A stretch of 64,000 nucleotides of DNA, taken from positions 4,650,001 through 4,714,000 of the forward strand of contig OZ024747.1 in assembly GCA_964016885.1 (NCBI GenBank). The letters are read 5' to 3'. The notes under the pieces are model-generated. The model made no database searches. It saw only the letters and a program-made list of their open reading frames with translations, and was not told where the DNA came from. Of this stretch, positions 55,307 to 64,000 are shown in pieces. The position numbers and the translations under genes are program-made. Each line of letters opens with the position of its first letter. Position 1 is the stretch's first letter. This DNA comes from Eledone cirrhosa. Taxonomy: Eukaryota.

Positions 55307-55422
55307 ATATATATATATGAAATATCCAGTTCTGCGTTTACAGATTGACTTTGTTAGTTTCAGAAGATCCCGTTAAGGGTGAAAGCAGCGATTCTTTGCT
55401 TAAACTTTAATCTGTTATTTTA

Positions 55423-55531
<109 letters not shown>

Positions 55532-55718
55532 GAGACTCAACACTATGGTGGTATAGAGGTAAATGGTAAAGAAACAAAGAAAGAATGTAAGATGGGAAGG
55601 GTTATTGGTGGTGAGAGGGAAGAAATAGTTTTGAAGAGAGGAAAAGAGTGTTGAGTGAGAGAGGTGGAAAACCGGTGGTGGTGAGAGGAAAGATATAGTG
55701 TTAAAGTAAGAAACAGAC

Positions 55719-55903
55719 AGGCCTTGAATTATAAAGGGAGTATAGTGTATCATAATAGGATCAGGATCTTCGAATCCGGTTGTATCCATCGGCTATAAGA
55801 AACAATAGAGAGGACAAAAACATTATCAAACATAGCAGCAATTGGTCAGTAAAACCCTCACCCTTGCACGTTCTGTGGAATTGCTTGAACATCCTTGGCT
55901 GGA
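55719..55903 (-). CDS. Two candidate exons (55862-55903 SSQGCSSNSTERAR; 55719-55792 PMDTTGFEDPDPIMIHYTPFIIQG) with 69-nt intron
   Basis: agg|gtgagg donor and strong ttgtcctctctattgtttcttatag| acceptor; the frame stays open across the junction. The donor of the second exon is weak. Confidence 0.35.
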
Positions 55904-56597
55904 CTAAAAGGTTCTACTTGATATAAACATCAAACCCGAATAAACTGAATGGGTTGTTTAGATCCTCGTATGATAAATAAAGTACTGTTAAGCAAAGACA
56001 TTGATTTAGACAAGTTTTCCCTTCCTCCTAAATTAGCAATCAATATTCTACTATATTTTACAGGTTAATTAGCAGGGGGGAGGCCAGTGTGAATAACCCT
56101 TTTGTTAGCCGTACCTCTGAAACTTAAGGAAGAGAGGAAGGTATACAGAATACTTGAATATAGAAGGATGTTAGATAAAGTTCGCCAAAGGCTAATTAAT
56201 GTTGGTGTTACGACGGTTGATTAAGTCTAGTATTGAGTTAGGCCACAGCGAGATTGAACTCAGAACATAAAATCCGGGAACAAATAAGGCAAAGCAATTT
56301 CCCAGATGCTCTGACAATCTCGCAAATACCCCAACTTGAATTGGTACTTTATTTATCGACCCCGCTAAGATGAAAGGTAAAGTTGAAATTCGCGAAATTT
56401 TAACTGGAATGAACTGAAATAAATACCGCAAGGCATCTTATGAAACTTCTAACGCCAGTAGAACGAGTAGGAAGGTGAAGACAGAGTAGGAAAGAGTGAA
56501 CCAGAAAGAGAAGGTGGAACCGATGACAGACGCACAGCGGTGAAGAGAAAGAGAATAGCAGATGGAAAATTAGGACCTAGACAAAAGACAGTTAAAC

Positions 56598-56671
<74 letters not shown>

Positions 56672-57688
56672 CTATATCAAATTTAGATAGAAATATATAT
56701 TTTCTTGAGAAGAAATGATAATTTTCTGCCTGGCTGTCCTTGATGAAAGATATTTGGAATGAGATTCCAGTAAGAATTGGATGTTTTATGATGGAGTTAA
56801 CAGTATTGAGTTTTATACAATATTTACATAGATATATACATGTACATACGAATACACGTACATACACACTCACATACACACTGACACACACAGATATAGA
56901 CACATAGATATATACATGAATACACGTACATACACACTGACACACAGCTACACACACACATAGTCAGGCATACACACACACACGCACACGCACACACATA
57001 GAAAGGCATACACACACAGACAGACAATATGAATACACACACAAGGCTATACACACGCACACACAAAGACGTACAGACACACACACAAAGACATACCCAC
57101 ACAGACAGACAATATGAATACACACACACACACACACAAAGACACACACAAAGAGACACACACACAGACAAGCAGTATGAATACACACGCAAGGCTATAC
57201 ACACACACACAAAGACACACACACACACACACTATGAATGAAGATTATTACCGATATCTATCTAGTTGTATAAGTTTATACAATATGTAAACACACATAC
57301 ATATATATATGAATATACATACATATAGCCCGGCATACATCATACATGAATATATATATATATATATATAAGCGTATATACATATATATATATAAGAGTA
57401 TATACATATACGTATATGCGAACAAACAAACATATTTACATACATATTCACACACACACATATATATATATACATAGACGAACATAAGTACATGAGTACA
57501 CAAATATGCATACATGCAAACTTACGCACATACACACATACATACATACATACATTTATGCAAACATACATACATAAACATGTATGAGAATATTGAACAA
57601 ATACTATAATAATAAATACATGAGAAAAAAAACAAAAAAACAATAAAATATGATAAAAAATGGTAAATTAAAAAATATATATTTATGG

Positions 57689-57741
<53 letters not shown>

Positions 57742-57880
57742 TATATATATGCATATATATATATATTTATGCATATAAATATATATATTTATGCATATAT
57801 GTATATATATATATATATATATATTTAAATTCTATGCATATATATATATATTTATGCATATAAATATATATATTTATGCA

Positions 57881-57956
<76 letters not shown>

Positions 57957-58177
57957 ATATATATTTAAATTCTATTCAGAAATATTCTAATTAAGAAGAA
58001 AGGAAATTACTTCGTTTCACCGCAAAATATCTTTTTGTTCTTTATTTAATAGTTTTTGTTCTCTATTTAATATTGCACTAGAGGGGAATGAGATATGAAA
58101 GACATGTTACTGGGCGGAAATATGGCCTCTAGGGAACGGAACATATTGTATATAGAGTATACACACACAGACAAACA

Positions 58178-58230
<53 letters not shown>

Positions 58231-58270
58231 ATACACACACACAGACACACACAGGCACACACAGACACAC

Positions 58271-58374
<104 letters not shown>

Positions 58375-58825
58375 TATATATATATATATTTACACTGATG
58401 AACATCAGTTGGTTTCGACGAGGACTGTACCAGTTATAGGATCAACGGAGGAGACTGCTATATAAAATGTATGTTTAGTGCAATTCGGGGGGAGATTAAC
58501 TGTAACCTTGTGCGTTTACTAAAAGAAAGGGTTTACTAAAAGCACAAAAAAGAAACGACCAGCCGCCAAGCATTCAACAAACAAATGTAAAAACACATGT
58601 GGATGGCGCTTACGTATAAGGATACGGACAAGATGCTAGAAAAGGCTCCACATTAGTTCCAATAAGTTAACTCAACGATATTTCAATGTTAGGATGAGAT
58701 TTACACATTAGTTATTTTGATTAATACATAAAATTGTCTGGCATCCCAACGTGAATATATCCATATATATATATACGTATAGTATTGGATACATTTTGTC
58801 TTGGGAATATTTACTGATGTATTAT

Positions 58826-58860
<35 letters not shown>

Positions 58861-58864
<4 letters not shown>

Positions 58865-59037
58865 AGGCTTCTACAGGACTAGACCTGATTCATTCGGCAG
58901 AAATCATCAAGAAGACTTCTCCCAAATGAAACAGTTCTAGTCCTGTAGAAGCCTTTTTTATATTAAATATTTATACTCTGCTTTGTATTGAGTACCTTAC
59001 TTACTGTTGTTACCCCCCATTGAACCAGGAATAAACT

Positions 59038-59040
<3 letters not shown>
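58861..59040 (+). mobile_element. Short (TA)n-adjacent element with 21-bp inverted tail and degenerate HHR parts
   Basis: aaaggcttctacaggactaga ... tctagtcctgtagaagccttt. Plus strand GAAAcagttctagTCctgtag; minus strand TTGATGA-ttc..gaa-tGAAT...gTC; tail contains gtattgagtac. Confidence 0.55.
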
Positions 59041-59069
<29 letters not shown>

Positions 59070-59078
59070 GCTCTCTCT

Positions 59079-59213
<135 letters not shown>

Positions 59214-60500
59214 CCGCCTGACCGTAGTGCCCTGCCCAAGGGAAACCCTCACCAAGATGGAGCGCGCGCTCTTCCAATTCCTTTGGAAGAGGCGGGCTCC
59301 TATGGTGAGGAGATCCATCTGCTGTCAACACCCTTCGAAAGGAGGGCTGGGGATGCCGTGGCTAATGATGCGTAAACACGCATTAAGGCTACGGCACCTC
59401 TACGTATTCCTCACCGGACAACCGGTGTGGGCCTCGTTTGTGAGACGAACCTTTCCCAGACTCGTCTCACTCACCGAGCTGCAATCCTGGGTCAAGCAAA
59501 GACCGAGAAAACTGGGCGCCTGGCACACTGAGTGTGCCCAGGCGCTCACCGCCCTCTGGCAGGCGGATCCGGTTATCAGTGGAGACTCCACCGCAACATT
59601 CTATAGAGGGCTGGTGCGCAGCAGGTGCGACGACGCCCTCGGAGAAGCCCTAGACATGGAGGAGGACGAACTGGCCAGCCTGTTCGGTAGGACATTCAGC
59701 CCGGGACCTATGGACAACTTCTAGAAGTCCCTGGCCTGGCAGTGCTACCGAGGGGCTTTACCCGTTCGAGAAAGGCTCTACAGACACGGGCGCCCGGGTA
59801 GGGACCCCGCCAAAAAGATCTGTCCCAGATGCGTGTGCGACGAGGAAACCGTTGCACACGCATTGGTACACTGCTCGGGCGTAGCCGATCTGTGGGGCTA
59901 TGTCGAACAACTGCTGTCAAGGGTGGGACCGATCCGGTTGACCACCGAGTCTATTGTAATGATCAAGCCGCCTCCCCCCTTCAAAGATGAAGCAGAGGCG
60001 GTGTTTCTGTGCGTAATAGCCATGGCGAAAGAGGTTGTATGGTGGACGCGTCTGAAAGGACTGAGGTCGGGCACCTTTCTCTCTGGCCAACAACTGGTCC
60101 GTTTCTTCCGATATCATTTCGGAAGAAGGATCAGGATGGAGAGAGAGGTGCTGCACCCCAGCCGTTTCTATGAAAGATGGGTGAAAGTGGCGAGAATGGC
60201 CCGTGTGAATGGGCCTTCACTCTACATCAGACTATAGGTGAGGAAGATGAAAGACCAAGGGAGCACCCCTTCTCTGTGCTCCTGAGGAGAAGGGTTGCAC
60301 ACTTTTTTCGGGGGTGTGTGCGACCCCCCAAGGCGCCTCCTCTCTATTGAGGATTTTGTTAAAAATTTTATTTTTTGTTATATCTTATTTTATTTTTATA
60401 TTTTGTTATTGCCTCCTCCTTATTGAGGACGCCTTTTTGTGTAAACTCCCCCCTTTGTACTTGTCCCACTTTTGATGCCCTAGTGGCAAATAAAAGAAAT
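59214..60500 (+). mobile_element. 5'-truncated Tx1/L1-clade LINE in (TA)n
   Basis: GC-rich ORF2 remnant plus a 3' UTR ending aataaaagaa(AT)n. Confidence 0.88.
59227..60237 (+). pseudogene. LINE ORF2 C-terminus with zf-RVT/CCHC motif; one stop (59722) and one frameshift (~59772)
   Basis: FQFLWK...[13 protein letters not shown]...; KSLAWQCYRGALPVRE/RLYRHG...CPRCVCDEETVAHALVHC...LW...AKEVVWWTR. Confidence 0.9.
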
Positions 60501-60717
60501 ATATATATATATATATATACACACACAATTTATGCCATTGTTCTACGATTGCATATTTCATTTCGTTACATTTTCAGGTAGTTCGTCGGGTGCATTAGCT
60601 GTTGAAATATATAAATATATAAATATATAAATATATAAATTCGCAGAGAAATAACTAATACGTGTATTGTGTACTCTATTAAATCCAGCTTCCTTTACTT
60701 CGATTATATATATATAT

Positions 60718-60751
<34 letters not shown>

Positions 60752-60759
60752 CATATAAC

Positions 60760-60791
<32 letters not shown>

Positions 60792-60816
60792 CATATATAT
60801 ATATATATATATATAT

Positions 60817-60884
<68 letters not shown>

Positions 60885-60889
60885 ATATG

Positions 60890-60950
<61 letters not shown>

Positions 60951-60953
<3 letters not shown>

Positions 60954-61253
60954 GGAGGTGAGTTTTATTGTAGCACAATAAAGCAATGCAAATATCGGCT
61001 AAGTAGCACTCTACAGTTTGTAGGACTGGAGTATAAAAAGTATAAGATCAAAAGATGGTTAAAAGAGTTCCAAGTAATTTTCCCAATATCATACATCAAT
61101 CTTAAATTATTTTTCATATTTCAACTGTTTTTTAACCTTCATATCATGTATCCCTATTTTATCTGATGAAAACGCAGATATCATCTCATGATGATATTTG
61201 TTTTTGAAATGCGCATAATAAAATACTTGGAACTCTTTTAACCATCTTTTGAT

Positions 61254-61259
<6 letters not shown>
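60951..61259 (+). mobile_element. Family C short element (ORF-less derivative of the 27.9-kb PLE)
   Basis: 60951-61057 matches 27865-27971; 61078-61259 matches 30198-30403. 61041-61076 is the reverse complement of 61224-61259. Confidence 0.85.
61155..61225 (+). ncRNA. Type I hammerhead ribozyme, identical to 30299-30369
   Basis: Same sequence and fold. Confidence 0.85.
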
Positions 61260-61320
<61 letters not shown>

Positions 61321-61321
61321 G

Positions 61322-61454
61322 TGTGAATGAAGTAATTCCGTCTGAAAAGTCAAGGAAAAAAGAGTGCTCTATGTAGGTAACAGAGCTTAATAGTTATGTA
61401 ATAAGCATAAGGCAATTATTTTAAATAATTGCCTTATGTTGTTTATTACATAAA
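61322..61454 (-). mobile_element. Family D element with central palindrome
   Basis: ttatgtaataagcataaggcaattattt-t-aaataattgccttatgttgtttattacataa. Confidence 0.65.
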
Positions 61455-61564
61455 TATATATATATATATATTCTGTCTGAATCTTCGAAGCTTCCATTTA
61501 CACGTGCACAATGTTAAAAGAACAGAAAGCAGACATTCTTTCGTCTCTCTATATACATCAACAT

Positions 61565-61932
61565 GGTGGGGAAATGGCAGAGACGTTAGAATGACTTGCA
61601 GCGTTTCTTTCGGCTCTCTGATCTCTCAGTTCAAATCCCACCGAGGTCAACTTTGCATTTTATCCATTCACGGTCGAAAAAAAAGTACCAGTCTAGTACT
61701 GGGGTCGATTCTTCCTCTATATCTCTTTCTCAAATCTGGTCTCTCACTCTCTCGGTTACGACGACAAGTGTTCCGTTGATCCAATCAACAGAACAGCCTA
61801 CTCATAAAATCAACGTGCAAGTGGCTGAGCATTCCACAGACACTGTACCCATAACGTAGATTCAGCGTTTCACAGAATGACAAGGCTGGCCTTTCGAATT
61901 ACAGGTATTTTTTGCCAGCTCAGTTAAGTGGA
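61565..61932 (+). mobile_element. tRNA-SINE plus adjacent SINE remnant
   Basis: agttcaaatcccaccgaggtcaactttgc...gtaccagtctagtactggggtcga. Confidence 0.7.
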
Positions 61933-62285
61933 CATACATACATACAAACAAACAAACACACATACCTACATACAGTTATACATACATGAGCATATACACA
62001 CATACACACAAAAACACATACATACATTTATACATACATATGCACACAAACTAATCTACAACACATACACACATACACACATACATAGCTATTCTCACAC
62101 AGTCACATGCAAACTGGTTGTAACTATTTTCAAATTTCTGACTCTTATTTTCACTAACTGCTTAGAATGACTTCTCCTCTATAAAAGGAACTCCAACTCC
62201 TACTCCACCTTAAGCCCCCACTCCACCTTAACCCTAATATTATTGCCCCTTCCCTCCTGTTTCTACCATCGTTATATAGTATTAC

Positions 62286-62409
62286 AATCTGTTGTTGAAA
62301 TACTACCCAAATAAGCTGAGACAGTCGCTGCTCTATTCCAAGGTCTTCTTCTTTGCAGTCCATTATCAATTCGATTTTTCTACGGCTTCCTTTTTTCATT
62401 CCTTCTATT
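62286..62409 (-). CDS. Candidate exon (IEGMKKGSRRKIELIMDCKEEDLGIEQRLSQLIW...)
   Basis: Open, compositionally protein-like, phase-compatible with the 63924 exon. Splice sites are weak and the donor position is ambiguous (62286 or 62307). Confidence 0.3.
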
Positions 62410-62654
62410 CTAATTTATAATGTATCATCATCATCATTGTCATCATCCCTGCTCCAACTATCATTACAACCATCGCCACAACCACCTCCACCACAACACC
62501 ACCAGAGTCACTGAAACCCCTACATTCGTCGTCATCGCCCCCATTGACATCACTGAAACCACCTCAACCAACACCACCACCACCATCAACAAGAATGACA
62601 ACATACACACCGCCACTAACACCCCCAGCACAAACAAAGTCACCATCATACTCC

Positions 62655-63105
62655 ACCATACCATACCATACTACACTATACCATACCACACCATACCACA
62701 CCATACTACACTATACCATACCACATCATACCACACCATACCACACTATACCATACCATACCACACCATACTACACTATACCATACCACATCATACCACA
62801 CCATACCACACTATACCATACCATACCACACCATACTACACTATACCATACCACATCATACCACACCATACCACACTATACCATACCATACCACACCATA
62901 CTACACTATACCATACCACATCATACCACACCATACCACACTATACCATACCACACCATACCACACCATACTACACTATACCATACCACATCATACCACA
63001 CCATACCACACTATACCATACCATACCACACCATACTACACTATACCATACCACACCATACCACACTATACCATACCACACCACATTATAGCATACCACA
63101 CCAGA
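62655..63105. repeat. (ACCAT/ACCAC)n pentamer array with ~65-bp higher-order period
   Basis: Read directly. Confidence 0.92.
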
Positions 63106-63216
63106 CAATATATATAGGAAATAACACAAGAAATAATGGTAGAACATTCCCATCCAAACCTCCCTTAAATACAAATATAACTGACTCGAATTGAATGATT
63201 GGAATACAACAGAAAA

Positions 63217-63832
63217 ATATGTAGTCTCACAGAAGACCGCTACCCTGTAGATATGTAGTCTCACAGCAGACCGCTACCCTGTATATATGTAGTCTCACAG
63301 AAGACCGCTACCCTGTATATATGTAGTCTCACAGAAGACCGCTACCCTGTAGATATGTAGTCTCACAGAAGACCGCTACCCTGTAGATATGTAGTCTCAC
63401 AGAAGACCGCTACCCTGTATATATGTAGTCTCACAGAAGACCGCTACCCTGTAGATATGTAGTCTCACAGCAGACCGCTACCCTGTATATATGTAGTCTC
63501 ACAGCAGACCGCTACCCTGTATATATGTAGTCTCACAGCAGACCGCTACCCTGTATATATGTAGTCTCACAGAAGACCGCTACCCTGTATATATGTAGTC
63601 TCACAGAAGACCGCTACCCTGTAGATATGTAGTCTCACAGAAGACCGCTACCCTGTAGATATGTAGTCTCACAGAAGACCGCTACCCTGTAGATATGTAG
63701 TCTCACAGAAGACCGCTACCCTGTAGATATGTAGTCTCACAGAAGACCGCTACCCTGTAGATATGTAGTCTCACAGAAGACCGCTACCCTGTAGATATGT
63801 AGTCTCACAGAAGACCGCTACCCCGTAGATAT
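63217..63832. repeat. 34-bp minisatellite x18
   Basis: Unit atatgtagtctcacagMagaccgctaccctgtaK. Confidence 0.97.
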
Positions 63833-63923
63833 GGACATTTCTGTGGAAATATGTGACTAAAAAGGAATATTTACAGACGACTGATTCAAAATGTACAGCT
63901 TCTTTTCTTCGTATTTTTCTTAC

Positions 63924-64000
63924 CTCTCACCATATTGCAGTTTTAGTGGTCTTATTCGCGCCAGTCTCCAATCTGGTATTTTCTCAAACCCATGAGAACT
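63924..64000 (-). CDS. Candidate exon running off the window edge (SSHGFEKIPDWRLARIRPLKLQYGE)
   Basis: gag|gtaaga donor; only one frame is open; ends in phase 2. Confidence 0.4.

Noticed and set aside
58390-58450. CTGATGA on plus and GAAA-hairpin-GUA on minus
   Set aside because: The boxes lie on opposite strands and no complete core with stems I and II could be built; possibly a remnant.

Overview
Eukaryotic, very AT-rich, repeat-dominated DNA with no prokaryotic features. The SINE/LINE families and (TA)n/(CA)n/(GA)n load resemble an octopus/coleoid cephalopod genome (inference from recognition only). Nearly all ORFs in the supplied track are microsatellite or minisatellite artefacts. Recognisable protein remnants: a 5'-truncated Penelope-like element (Neptune-type Cys linker plus GIY-YIG endonuclease, 27.9-30.4 kb), a Tx1/L1-clade LINE 3' end (59.2-60.5 kb), a mariner transposase remnant (31.4-31.9 kb), and RTE and CR1 fragments. 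There may also be a chain of small exons of a minus-strand host gene (low confidence). The main unexplained signal is about 13 short elements from at least 6 sequence families sitting inside (TA)n tracts. Many carry type I hammerhead ribozyme (HHR) motifs: canonical ones, a U3-A8 core variant, and bulged-stem-III variants. They share one architecture: two overlapping 3' tails joined head-to-head, the longer ending at the apparent family 3' end and the shorter at an internal TA microhomology. All RNA folds were derived by eye; no activity or database evidence was available.
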